A DNA stretch of 63,932 nt, counting the filler, from Choristocarpus tenellus KU-1152 (taxonomy: Eukaryota; Protista; Phaeophyceae): NCBI GenBank assembly GCA_964200185.2. It is 12 parts of 12 records of this genome, joined end to end, with 100 filler letters (N's around TTAATTAATTAA, not from the genome) between each part and the next. Parts side by side here need not be neighbours in the genome. Positions count along the whole stretch, not along the records: positions 47,206 to 53,934 come from CAXNAD020007475.1; positions 54,035 to 56,621 come from CAXNAD020026508.1; positions 56,722 to 59,355 come from CAXNAD020026093.1; positions 59,456 to 63,932 come from CAXNAD020014381.1; 8 more parts are not named here. One strand, written 5' to 3'. Position 1 is the first letter of the stretch. Every line of letters starts with the position of its first letter. Positions 50,580-63,500 of this stretch are shown piece after piece. The notes beneath the pieces were generated by a model that worked only from the letters and a program-made list of their open reading frames with translations, had not been told where the DNA came from and ran no database searches. The translations under genes were made by a program, and so were the position numbers.

Positions 50580-53525
50580 ATGAAAAAAGATGTCGAGGGT
50601 GCTCGGTCAGTTGTAGTCGTGGAGGGGACGATACCAAACTCTTCCCCCGCTACAGCGATTACCAGTTCCACACAGGCTTCTGATTCTCTTGGAAAAATCA
50701 ATCCCGAGAATGAAGGCAGGCTCAGGGAACCAATTGATGCAGGTGATATGGGTGCTCTGTACAAAACCCTTGATGCAGTCGGGTGTCTACCCCCTCCCCC
50801 CTGTGAACAACGCGAAGGAGACAATGATACTGACTCTGACATGGTTATCGACGTGGAGAACGGTGCTCCAGAGACAGGGGCTGGAGACGGGTGTCCATTT
50901 GCAACAACCTCAAGCAATTTTCACCTCGTCAAGAAAGCCGCGAGTTCGGTACAGGCGAGTTAGCAACAGCTGTTTTGGTCTGTTATGGTGAAGTCGAGCC
51001 CGAAACATGCAGTGCGCACCCGCAAAAGCTTGCCTCTTTATTTAAGTTAGCGTGGTCCACTTGTAAACCTCCAGGAAACTGGATTCGTACCTCCACCAAC
51101 GGCAACACCCTTCGATAGTACATATAACCAGAACCAGAATTACATCCTGGACTTTGTGGACGCAAGCTCCCACGACAGCAGTTTCACCCCCTCCCCCCCT
51201 CCCCCTACCTCCCATTATGACTCTGTTCTACCCTGCATGACCCTTCTCCGATCCTACCAATATAGGTACCACCTAACCTAATTCTTGAAGCCTGGAGAGT
51301 CCTGAAGGAGTGGCGAGCCAAACTAGGACCGTCTGACCTTGCTGATGTATACAATACTGCCGACAAGAAGTGGTACCTTGCAAAAATTTTAGAAGCTTTC
51401 TCATCCGATTCTGCTTCCACTGCCACCCAATCCGGGATTGGCATTGGTGATGAGATTCGAATCCACTACCAAGGGTGGCCATCCAAGTGAGTATAGAGAC
51501 AACCACCACATCATAACACCACGGCTGAACCTGAAAGTTACCAGGGGGGCTGGATATGGTTGTAGTCTAATGGGAAGACATGAAAAGAAAGTACCCTTGT
51601 GAAGTTTGCTATTTTGTGTTGTGATGGGCTGGAGCATGATCAGTTGAGCTCCTTTTTGGAGATGGACCAAAGAAAGGCCTTCGCACCAGTATCCTAACGT
51701 CAAACGCGGCTATTATTGACTCTTTTCGTATTTTCAATTGTTTATATGTTGGAGCAGGTGTATAGAGACATAAAGTGTAGCTTGCACATATCCATCATTG
51801 CTGTGTGTTGTGTTGGAAAATGTCCCTGTCCACAAGGATGTCAAAGGGCTGGTAGTACGAAAGCGCCAGCTCGGTGGTTTGCAGGACGGTCAGGGTATGA
51901 CCGAGGGACTTTCCTTCTTGTCACTCCTTCGAATATATCTGAAAACCCGTGGATGCTGTATGCTTTGACCATGTATATGCAGACATCCACGAGCTAGCTT
52001 CCCGTTCAAGATCAGCACACATGGTTTGAATGTTACCTTATCCAAAATCCAAAATGACACATACTTTGAAGTACGACAAAGTAAGTGCACTGTACAGTTT
52101 ATTCCAACGCATACACCTTAGAGTAGACTTTGTTGTGATTACCATCCTGCTATCCATGGACTGATGTGCGGACGCGTGGTGAATGCTTGAGCAAAATCTC
52201 AATGAGTGGGATGGTAGTCTTGTCACCAGTGGGATCTCGACATCTACGCTGATCTCGACATCTACGCTGCCCGCCTCAGCTCTGTGTGCCATTCCTGTTT
52301 CTAATTTCTGAAGCACGTCAACAACATTCTGTAAGACTCCTAACATATAGCCAAGGGAGTTGGCACAAAGTGGGGCAGGGGCGTAGTGCAACCAGGTACA
52401 GTGACGCACGGACACAGGACAACTTAAAATGTTTTGAGGGTATAAAATTTAGGGAAATGAAAATCTCTTGATCCTACGCATTTTCGATTTTTTTAGCGCC
52501 TTGTTTTTTTTATTTGGTCTCTCTGCTCAGCAGCACCTTACAAGCCTCTTCTTTTTCTTTTTTTTTCAAAACAATGCTCGATGAACAAGCTAACCGACTT
52601 GCCCGGTCTGGGGAAGGCGTTGAATCCTTTCTCGTTGTCCTCTCCCTTGCCCCTCATCCTCTCTCACGTGCCCCCGCACTCTGCCCCTGTACGGGTGTGA
52701 TCTAATATATCTCGTGATCCAACAAACTCCCCATTGCTGAAATGATTTGTGTACTCCTTATATTCAGGCCTGTTAGCAGACCACCGCTCCACAGTGTCCA
52801 CCCTGAGGCTACCCCCTTGCTCGCTTTTTCTCTCTTTTGTCCTCCCCCTGTAACATCTTGTCCTATACTTCCTCTCTCCCTTCCCCTCCCCTGTCTCCTC
52901 CCTGCTCCCATGAACTCACCGCACTCCCAGGTATGACGAGAACATTAGGAGGGACTCACACTTTCTTCAGCCACCCAATGCGCATACTAAGCCCAGGAAA
53001 AAACCACAGAAAAAATCCAGGAAGCCACAGGAAAGGCAAAGTTCGGCTACTGCCCCAGCCAGGGTCCTATTTTTTTTCGCTCCCAGTCTCTCCTCCCTCG
53101 ATCACCAAACCTCGTTCCCACCTAAGGCCCCCATGCGCAGTTGTCTTTTTTGCTGATATTCTCTTCCAAATTGTCCCATTGTTCTTTGACCCCAAATAGA
53201 TTCCCCCTGGTTACCCCCCCCCCCCCCCCCCCCCCAGACCCCCCCAACCTCACAACCTCAAAATTCCAATGTCTGTCAATAAACTTCAAAACATAATTGC
53301 AAACAAGCAGAAGGTGCACGAGTGGGTGAAGTTGGACAAGGAAGGGCGTGTCATCGCGAGTGGTTTCATAGGGTTGGACAGCGATCCCATGATGGATATC
53401 AGAGCCCCACAGATGGTTGAGGAGGTGGAGGTGGCTGCCGCAGCCACCGCTGTGCTAGGAGGCAGTGCTGAAGAGGGAATGGAGAGTGCCGAGGACCAGA
53501 ATATTCCTGGCGTAGTGAAAAGCAG
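50580..53525 (+). CDS. Protein with a Tudor-knot/chromo-barrel (royal family) domain, 5' part; exons 50580-50954, 51075-51117, 51291-51486, (53238 or about 53311)-53525
   Basis: The spliced frame ...GFVPPPTATPFDTWRVLKEWRAKLGPSDLADVYNTADKKWYLAKILEA...DEIRIHYQGWPSK...VHEWVKLDKEGRVIASG matches WR..L..G..vD......WY.AkI....i.iHY.GW..k.dEWv...r+. The join to the last exon is uncertain. Confidence 0.7.
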
Positions 53526-53843
53526 GTGTGTTGTGGGGGTTGGGAGGGGAAGAAAGGAAGGAAAGGTTGTTGACCTTTTTTTTTTTTGGGGGGGGGGGGG
53601 AAGGGGGGGGCAAAATGTTGAGTGAACGCAGTACTATCTCATCTGAAAGATTGTGTTCTCCACATGTCTTACCAATATTTAAATACGTTTTGTACACAAT
53701 TTTGTTTGTTGTTGTTATTATGCATACGTAGTTCGAGCGAGAGATGTAGCTGCCCCCTGAATGCCCCCTGCCCCCCCCCTCTCGGGTCACTTGATTGATT
53801 ATCCTCCACTACTGCTATATCACCGATCCACAGATAAGCACGC

Positions 53844-53878
<35 letters not shown>

Positions 53879-54539
53879 TTCTATTCCCTCCCCCTTCCCC
53901 CCCCTTTTTTCGGGCGCGGTGTGGTCGGTAGGGGNNNNNNNNNNNNNNNNNNNNNNNNNNNNNNNNNNNNNNNNNNNNTTAATTAATTAANNNNNNNNNN
54001 NNNNNNNNNNNNNNNNNNNNNNNNNNNNNNNNNNTTAAAATATTTTGAGATCCAGTGTTTAGGGTTAGGGTTGAAATACCCCCCCCCGGCAGTATGGTAT
54101 GGGTACTGTTCGTGCAATAAACATCTGCTGTATGTCACTGCTTGACAGCGTCAATCAAGATTGCAGTTTTGCTGTATGTCAGTGGTGATACAGAATATTC
54201 TTATCTATATGCATGTGGAGATTACATGCGATAATGGATGATAAATAATATATATGTTTTAAGAGTATCATTGATCGTCAAACAGTCGAGAGGAAGGGAG
54301 GTCACAGACAGGAGAAAGTAGTGTTATCGATCCATCTGAGACAGGAAGTAGAAAATCAAGAAATTTTATTTTAGAATGGTGCAGTCCAAGTTGTACCAGT
54401 ATCGATATCAACTTCTCGCCACCGACTCTTTTTTTATTATTATTATTTTCTGTGAAGTGCAATGATTCGCTCGGCTCGATGGTATCATTGTGATGGGGAT
54501 CAACAAGCAAGCAAGCGGTCGAAATAACAGAGTTTGAAC

Positions 54540-54902
54540 GTTTTATTTATTATTTATTTATTTATTATTTATTTATTATTTATTTATTATTTATTTATTT
54601 ATTTATTATTTATTTGTTATTTGTTTGTTATTTTCTTATTTATTTATTTGTTATTTATTTACTTATTCTTTCTTTCTTCATTATTTTTTTAATCTATTGA
54701 TAAATGATTTGATTCGTCTTCATGCCCATTCTGCTTTTGTCTTCTCTTTTTTTTAAAGATTAGTTAAGTCTTTCGGGTTAGTTGGAGGAGGCATGGTGTG
54801 ACTAAGGAAAGGTCCGTTGGCGATATATACATACATATATATACATATATATATATATATACATTCATATACATATATACAAATATACAAATATACATAT
54901 AT

Positions 54903-54945
<43 letters not shown>
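54540..54945. repeat. Low-complexity (TTAT)n tract and (TA)n/(TACA)n microsatellite
   Basis: Directly visible at about 54540-54690 and 54823-54942. Confidence 0.9.
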
Positions 54946-56721
54946 TATACATGAAATTTCTTGTACCATTAGAGGGGTAAGTATCATAGCACCATTCCGT
55001 GCCACTGACATGAAAATTTCTTTCCAAATCAACGATGAATAGAAATTTTCCGTATTTGTCGCCGGGCAGCTGGGCGAGCTACACGCTCGTATTAGACATC
55101 TTGGTAGGTATGCTCACCATGTGATTTGATCTAGAGTTTCTTTCGAGGGCAGGGGTTTTGTCATGGCCCTCTTGCCTTGGGTGGTGTCCTGTACCTGTGA
55201 TTGGAGAGTAGCCCTGATTGGGTTTACTGTGGGATGGTTTGGGGAGTTTATTAATTTGAAGTGCTGGTGAGTTCTTTCTGTTGAGGAGTGTTGAGACGTT
55301 GGGGTGGAGGTGGTATAACATACTCATTGAAAAAGGAAGCTGCCCCTGTTTTGGTTATGAGGTGGTGATGTTTAGGGATCGGCCGCTGATTGTTGGTTGA
55401 TTCTCTTGGATGAGGTGAAGTACTTGTGTAGTGTAGTTAGATCAGTATTGGTAGTTGGTATGAGTGGTATTTACAGTGTAGTGTGTAGTGCCTCTGACCA
55501 TGGTTCGAGATGGTGGGGTAGTTCTCATACTATGGTGAAGATAATGATAGTGATAATAATATTAACAATAATATGAATAACAATTGGGATGGTGGATAGT
55601 TCCCACACTACTGTAGTGAAGATGGCAATAGATTGTGATCGTAATAATAATTTCAGATAGCAATGGATAGTCAAGATAATAGTTAAATGATAAATATCGA
55701 TTACAACAATAGCAATGCCATTATTTTGTATTATCATCGATGATAGCATTTGTTTATCGAGGACGACGGTTCTTGTACTTCCCAGAGTCAGTTTGCCTTG
55801 TATCTTTGGATTAGGGTTAGAGTTAGGGTTGCAGGTTCAGGGTTGATGATTTTTTATTTTTTCATCTCGTGCGCGATTAGGGTTTAGGGTCGATAAAATA
55901 TTCTTTTGTCTATTGCGTGTGCAAGTGGGGAAGTAAATGAAGACGTGGGCGTTGTTATTCATGCTGTTTTTTTTTGTGTGCACACGGGTGAAGGCGAAGA
56001 GACAGGTGTCAGTTGGGAGGTGCTCTTTGCCGTCATCGACTCGCTCTCTCTACCCCCACCACCTTAACGTGCGTGCATGGTACCTTCGTCCTTTCTCTTG
56101 ATTCATTCTTCTCATGTAGAGTATCGATGCGATGGCATATGCTTTTTGTGTGTGGCATTTTTATTATTTTTTATTTTTTATTTTTTACAAGCTTCAACTT
56201 ATATATATATATCCCAGGTCAATTTTTTTTTTTTTTTAGTATCCTACCTTATTTTTCCTTTTTTTCTTATTTTTAATAGGGTTAGGGAGTTTTCTTACCA
56301 GCGTGCGTTTTGTTTCAGTCGGCAGTACGGTAAAAAATAATAAAAAGGAACGCCTGCTGGTGAGTATGTGCTTTGGTGGTAAATATCGTACACCTTGGGG
56401 TGTGAAACAATAGCGCACTGTTCTGTTCTGCTGAGTGTTGATTTCCAAGTTGGGTGGTAGATGGAAAAATTCCGAATTAGTTGGCAGCCCGCTAGGTTAT
56501 ATGCTTCTATTGATCCCCCCCTCTCCCCCCCCCCCCCCCCCCCCCCCCCTCCCCCTCTACCCCGGGTGGGGGGGCCTTTTTCTCCTGTGTCCGAAGAGCG
56601 CCACACGTCACTCCCCAACCCNNNNNNNNNNNNNNNNNNNNNNNNNNNNNNNNNNNNNNNNNNNNTTAATTAATTAANNNNNNNNNNNNNNNNNNNNNNN
56701 NNNNNNNNNNNNNNNNNNNNN

Positions 56722-58589
56722 GCTCCCCCCCGCCCCCTCCTCCCCGCCCCCTGTCTCCCTCCTCTTCTTGCTCCTCTTCGCCATCCCCTTCATCCTCCTC
56801 TTCTTCCTCCTCGTCCTCCTCCGCGTCACTGACATACTCCGACTCGTCTTCTGGCGCAGAATCACCGGTGCCCCTCCGCACCTTGCGACCTTTTCCCTTT
56901 CCACCCGTGCGGGAAGAGGGACGATTGCCCTTTCTAGTGGTGATTAGCGTCAAGTCCCAGTCCGAATCCCACACTTCGAACCCACAAGAACACACTACCA
57001 TAAGACCCGGGAGCACGTTGAATGGTGATCTCGTGTCATTCTTTGCCTGTGGTTTGCACCCCCTCCCGACTACGGGCGTGACGAACATCTGCCCGGGGCC
57101 AACTTGGGAGAAGGGGAGGAGGACCTCGTCACGGCTTCCGCTCTGCGGAACTTTTGAAGTGAATTCAATGTTGGCGTCGTCTGCCTTCTCGATCCAACAC
57201 ATGTAGTAGAGAGGGCAAGTGGCTGCCACACGCAAGTAGAGCTCTGTGCCCGGCCCACACACCTCTGTTCCAGGCGAAAGCATGTGCTTGAACTGGTTGT
57301 TGTTGGCCACATGAAGCAGCCGAATGCACTGTTCTTCTTGGTCGTCAAGAGAGATCGAACGGAAGGGCTCTGATCGAGAGTTGCACACTTGGAGATCACC
57401 CCACGCAGGGAGGTCATTTCTGCCAACTTTGTAGTCTTTCCCATCAAGCGGAAATAAGGCCATTTCGGCGGGATTTGAGGACGAGCTTGCACGCGGCTGA
57501 GCATTATGGAAGACAAAGACGGCGGTGGGGTTGGGGGGGGTTGAGGGGTGTTGGGGGGGGGCTAGAGTTCGGTCATTCATGAATGGACATGATTTGGAGG
57601 TGCGCGACCGAAGGTGGTGCAAAAACGGCAACCTTATTGTGACAAACGTTGAACACACAACGGATCCAACACTTATCCGCAAGGCCCATAGTCTTCTACA
57701 CGACGTATTTGGGTGCCGCATTAGATAGGTTCGGACTCGGGAAGAAAAAAAACGTGTCTACTGCGTGCCAAGAGCGTGACTCTGCCGTTTGTTATCGACA
57801 GATATGTTACGAAGTGCATTCTATGCCAGATTCACCTTGATCTGGTAGCCGAAGTCCGTCGCCACCATCTTCGCAACAAAAACGGTCGCCTCATCGCGTC
57901 CCATTGCCTTTCCCTGAGGATTGACAGCCTCAGCAAAACATCGTTGCGTCTCAATTGGGACGAGGGTCTGCCCCAAGGCTTCCAGCAGGCAGGAAGGGCC
58001 TATCACGCGTTCTTGAACGAGATACGTGGATACCTGCAACATCATGTGCGTACATGTGACAGCCCAACCATGTGGCATTCAAGTGTTTGCCATGCGATAA
58101 GGTTACATCACATACGTAGGGGTTATTCCAGTGTTGGTCCAATATCTTGAGGTGTAACGCAGCCCGTTTGTTTTTTCGTGTGGGGAAGGAAGACATTACG
58201 ATGTACCAACACTCACACACAAAGTCGTGGGGACTCGCGATTTCCGTTTGTGGTGTGGGTCACCGCATACACCGTGTTAGCAACGTGTAAACATGGACAA
58301 GGAAATATCACTACAACAACTGCACGCCTGACACCTATCCATAGCGAACGAAGACAGACAAGAAGTTGGAAAGAAATGGAAGAAAGCCAGTACACCCTTA
58401 TTACCTTCCACTTGCCATCCTTGTAGGCTCGGCCGAAGGAGGTCTCCATCTTCTCTTTCACATCGTCCTTTGACGTCGCGTTGGACACGAACACCTCCAC
58501 CCTCCTGCTCCTGCTCCGTAAAGGACGCCTCCGTCACGTTGTGCCTCTCTGCGCTGAAGGAGACAATGGTGTCCCCAGGATTCGTGTAC
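56722..58589 (-). pseudogene. Spliced gene (exons 58589-58405 with one frameshift, 58033-57836, 57496-56722): methyltransferase-like C-terminal segment + SET-like domain + basic/acidic tail
   Basis: Exons 2 and 3 are open and join in phase 0 with canonical splice sites. Exon 1 reads YTNPGDTIVSFSAERHNVTEAS/LRSRSRRVEVFV with a frameshift at about 58521. Exon 3 has spacing like SET motifs (MALF...G..LPAWG.L; LYL....CP..Y......ANIEF; V.PG..VVCSCG.E.W) and ends in GKGKGRKVRR and a long E/D tract. The gene structure is fairly secure; the domain identity is tentative. Confidence 0.5.
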
Positions 58590-58670
58590 CTATCATAGGA
58601 GGGCGAGTCGAAAATTATCTCGAGGAGTACATTGTATTACGCACGGATTCATCATATGGCAATGTATGAG

Positions 58671-58762
58671 TAACGTACTGATTCAGGGCAACACACTCAT
58701 GGTGCGGTTTGACACGTAACGTACTGATTCAGGGAAACACACTCATGGTACGGTTTGACACC
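58671..58762. repeat. 46-bp tandem duplication
   Basis: TAACGTACTGATTCAGGG(C/A)AACACACTCATGGT(G/A)CGGTTTGACAC x2. Confidence 0.9.
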
Positions 58763-58874
58763 CCTGAACCGTCACCCAGCTTGTTGCGTTACTGTTTTTC
58801 TGATGATCTTCAATTATACAAAAAGAGTCATTGCTCCCGTGAAGAAGGGCGTATGAGACGTAATTAACGAACCT

Positions 58875-59054
58875 GACCCAAAGTATCTGGGGGGGGGGGG
58901 GGGGGCTACACCAGGGTGTCCTTTTGGCCCAAAATCAGGAAAAGTACATTTACATTGTCCATCCGATGTATTCAACCAAATCACCCAAAAATCGCGATAC
59001 GAAAAAAATGACCCCAAATGGACAGCCGCCACCCCCCTCCAGATACTTTGAGCC
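58875..59054 (+). mobile_element. Full-length copy of the G-rich MITE
   Basis: GACCCAAAGTATCT(G)n...CCAGATACTTTGAGCC, with the internal sequence shared with 26859-27052. Confidence 0.85.
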
Positions 59055-60119
59055 TCCAGTACATTAAAAAAGAAAAGAAAACATCAGCTTTTTCAATTTT
59101 CTGCTCATTTGTTGTACCCCTCCTCCCCCCGCCACCGTGAGAAACTGTGCATGTCACCTGAAGCAGCACGGGAGCCAACGCTGGTAAGCACGTTACCGGG
59201 AGTGCAACAGACACATGAACAACCTTCTTGAACTACTGGACGAACGAGGCATCATGAACAACAACACTCCCATATCCTCTGTTTGGGTTTGGTCAATCAT
59301 TCATTTGCCAATGTGTGCGCCCCCCCGCCCCCCCCCCCCCCCCCCCCCCCCCCCCNNNNNNNNNNNNNNNNNNNNNNNNNNNNNNNNNNNNNNNNNNNNT
59401 TAATTAATTAANNNNNNNNNNNNNNNNNNNNNNNNNNNNNNNNNNNNNNNNNNNNCAATATTTACAAAAAAAAACATATCGGCACTTTTTCCGCACCATT
59501 TTCGGTCAAAATCATCCTCAATTTTCAAAATCCACTGGTATATGAGGCATCCGCAAGTCTACCGTATACGCTCGATAGTGGACAACTAGGCTATGGCCGC
59601 AGCCTTCCGCGTCACACCTTTCTCTCTCTCTTAAAGAAAAATATAAGTAACACATGGCAACCTTTACCACTATTTTCGGCTGGCCATCCAAAAAGGGTGC
59701 ATTCTCTCACCGAAATATGAACCCACTCAGTTGCCGTAACGTCGTCTCAATGGACCTGTAAGAGCTGTCCTTTGATGCGTGGGACGTCGATCGCAGACGA
59801 AGCACCTGAAAGGACCGCTGTGTGTCCTAAGAACGTCAGACAAGAGTTTTCGAGGAGCTGGATGTGGAAAGGGGTGAAGTTATTGATGCGTGGACGCGAT
59901 GCATAAACACATTGAGCCGTCACGACCGCTGCAAGAGTTCTCGCAAAATCTGGCCTTGGGCAGGAACATCTCCGAATCACTGATTCCCAGCAGAACCTGT
60001 GAAATAAAAGAACAGTGTGATACACAAAAAACAGATCGGGAATGTGAGTGTACAAATGGCGAGGAAGAACTACCTAGGCAACGTCTTACCATGGTGGTCA
60101 AAAACCACTCGTTTATGAC

Positions 60120-60560
60120 TATAGGTGGATGATGTGGCGGTCAGAGACCACTCATTGTACAACAATGGAGGGTCATGATTCCCTCGGAGCCACAGATACC
60201 ATCGCACCCACGGAGACGACAAGGCTAAGACGAAACCCCGCAGACGCCGCATGAAGATCACAAACCCAAGTGGGAAAAGAAAATAATTCAGGAAGGCATA
60301 AGAAGCTACAAAGAATCCTAAGTGTTGAGGTGAATACGGAGTATTCTCTCCAGTTTGAAGAGAGGCGGTAGGATCTCCATGTTACAGCGCCCCTCAGAAC
60401 CTTTTGATGTTACCTCTTTTGATAAAGCAAAAAGCGAGACATTGACTGAGCTAAACATAAAGCTGACACCAGACGTGGTTATCATCTGTGGACCCCCCTC
60501 GTAGCGTCGTTTTAAGTTCGTTGGATTTTATTTGCATATCCTGTGGGGGTGAGTTCTGAG
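60120..60560 (+). pseudogene. Second decayed member of the family at 25297-27803
   Basis: 60461-60557 (AGCTGACACCAGACGTGGTTATCATCTGTGGACCCCCCTCGTAGC...GTGAGTTCTG) aligns by eye to the reverse complement of about 25982-26078, including the GTGAGT donor. Confidence 0.55.
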
Positions 60561-63500
60561 GGTCGCCTGTAACAGATATTACTTCTCCAACAAGATACAC
60601 ACATCCCCATTGCAGTGGCAATGTTGAAGGGATTTGCATTTCAGGTTGTTTGGTGGCCATCCCTGGAGCAACACACGATCAGGTTTGTGTAATAGTTGCC
60701 AACAACCAAACCAACGATCCTGGCAATATCCAGCAAATGAGCAAAAGGACCAGCGGTGATGCCCATTTCGTAAGAAGACATAATTGCATACCAATTCAGA
60801 ATGCAAGTCTAGAAAGGGGATAACTAGAGAGACTTTAGCAATCAGGTGTGGAGGAAACTCATCTAAGTCAAAAGCAAGACCAATGGCTTGCTTTGCAGTG
60901 AAAGCACTACGCTTTTCTCCTTGGTCACCTTTTCTAACAATACATGTTTTAACATGCTTGTGGAAAATGGGTGCACCCATCACATCACAGATCCAGGGCT
61001 CTTTCCTGGGGGCACAGTGGGACATGTTGACAAATAGATATATGGAACTCTAACCACCTCAAGACATATTGAGAGCTGGTAACAACACTCCTCCTGCTGT
61101 GAGGTGTTATTGTATAATCAAGTATATTTGCCATGGGATTGAGATTGTGAGGTTTCTACTGGTTTAATCGACATATGTAGTAACCCCTGAACTGGGACAT
61201 CACCCATTCATCCCATCAATGACCTGAAAGAAGGATGTATAGCAACACCTCTCCTTTTTGGTGAAGTAGTCCGTTTGCTGTATGCCCTTATCTGGGCATA
61301 AGCACCACTTGGATATATCCATACATCAGGAGAAGAAAGCTGCTGTAGTCCAGCACATTCCGCAAGTCCAGATACTACCAATAATAGGAGTTTGTGGCAG
61401 TACAGACAGACTCGACTCAGCATCTAAGACATTGTTAGTTTGGACTTACACTAGGGTATTGGGCGCACAATACTAGCAAGACCATCCATCGCGATCCATG
61501 ATATGTCTCCTTCCCGAAACAAATGTGGAACGAATAATAGAAAATATTATTGTGTCTTCATACGATATTTAAAATAGTAGTAGTAGTAGTAGTAGTAGTA
61601 TATAATAGAACTTGTTAGATAGTAGTACCCTACCTTTGGCGTATCTTTATTTTCATTCGAAGGGCAGAAGAAACGAAAACATGGAGTGAGACATTCAAAA
61701 ATTAATACTATTGTGGAACTGTCAACGGTCAATCGTTTTCTACATAAGGGGGCAATCACAATTACCAGACTGAACTCTTCCAACACAGAGGGTGAGACCG
61801 AGTTTTACATGTCTTGGCCCAGCATCTCAACATCAGTTGAGGTAATTTAGAACAGAAAAGAAACCTTAGTGCACGCGCAGCACAGCCATCATGCTCTCAC
61901 AACCAAGCCAATTTGGACCTTCCACTCACCACTGATCACCCTTGGAGCTAAGGTAGTGTAAAGGACGACACCAACATGGTGAATGGCATGGGTGGATGTC
62001 AGTCCAAGACTGGAAGTGAGAGTAGTTGGCCACCAAGGCACTGCAAACTATACCACTGAGCTCGTAGGAGTGTTACCATTTTTTGAGACCAGAGGATAAA
62101 CTTTGCCCTAGCACCCTTCAAACTATTACGACCCCAACAAGCAGAGTCCTGGATGCATCAATTAGGTTCTCCCCTTTGTTGTCCAAGACCAGATACGCCT
62201 CACCAGGTGCACGGCGAATTGGAGGGTATGCATTAACCGTAGGGTTATCTTTTACATTGAACATTTCGGTCTGGAGTCAAAATAGGACTATTTATATAAC
62301 ACAAAAAAATGTCTGTTGTAGCGTAGGTGCACGGATCGTCTGACTGACTACATGTTTCTCACATTTCTTTCTTGTTTTACCTTGTTCTGCATACATGACT
62401 AGTACAAGTTTAATATATAATGGTACTCCTACTACTGGTGCTCTACTACTTGCGCAGAGGGATAAAACAGTACTAACAATAATATCAGTAATATTTGTAA
62501 CAATAACATATTTGCGGGGCATAGGGGAGGTGGACGACTGGGCGAGTCAATGACAATCCAGCATTCAAAACAAATATTTGTTTTTTTTTATGGGTGGCTA
62601 CATTTTGATGGGCAAGCCTAAGAGAACACTTCCACAATAATAGAAGTAATACTTCAATGATTTATGTTAGTTGTCATACGGATTACTCACGAGGTGAGTA
62701 GAAGAGTGGTTCCAAGTTGTGCCAAACAAGGCAAAGAAGTTGTACGCAGTGCGGCACTACCTACATCTTAGAAGCCATTAAGGAGACCCAAAAACTCAAG
62801 GACAGCAAAGAGTGCCTCGGCACCTCAAATACGCTCTGCTGCCACTACTATGACTGCTACTATTACTGAGAGTGCAACTAATCAAGTGAGTAAAACCTCA
62901 AGTGCTACTTGGTATTTTATCCTCTTCCTTCTTCGTCCATCCATCTATTGTTCTAGGCATGCTCCTCTATATTGTCCTCGTTCCATGTGCTTCCTTGTTC
63001 TTCCAAGTGTGCACATAGCTATTTCGTACGCTGCTGTAGTCCGGAGGATTGTGTCTTAAGTGATTTTCTTGTGTGTGTTTTCAGTTTGTTGTGTTTTAAA
63101 TGGAAAGCCAAATTAATCTCCTTAATTGATACTTCCAGCCTAGCGCAACTGGGCAGAAGAAGCACTCAAGCGAACCTCTATCGTCAGGCCTGGTCACACA
63201 GTCCCTCTCTTGTCTGTTGTTGTCGACCTCTCGCATTCCCCAGCCATTCCCCCAATGCATATTGATCACCGCGTACCTACTCCTTGTGTATTGTCCTTGA
63301 TACAATCTGTCTTACCAATCAAATTTTCGTAAGGTAAAGTACATACGTGTATCTGTGCGTTGATATGTATGCATGTATGTATGTATCTCTAATCCATCGA
63401 CATATAATGAGTATTGTCTCCCTACTTCCTTTTGAGTATTTCTGTTGGGATGAACATCGAGTAAGAATAGGCTGCTGTTTACGAGTGTCCTGTTCAGAGA

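Noticed and set aside
6030-59455. Regularly recurring TTAATTAATTAA motif flanked by Ns, and any gene clusters spanning it
   Set aside because: Artificial six-frame-stop linker. Contigs on either side are not demonstrably adjacent, so cross-spacer neighbourhoods (e.g. RTEL1 with telomeric tracts) were not treated as a system.
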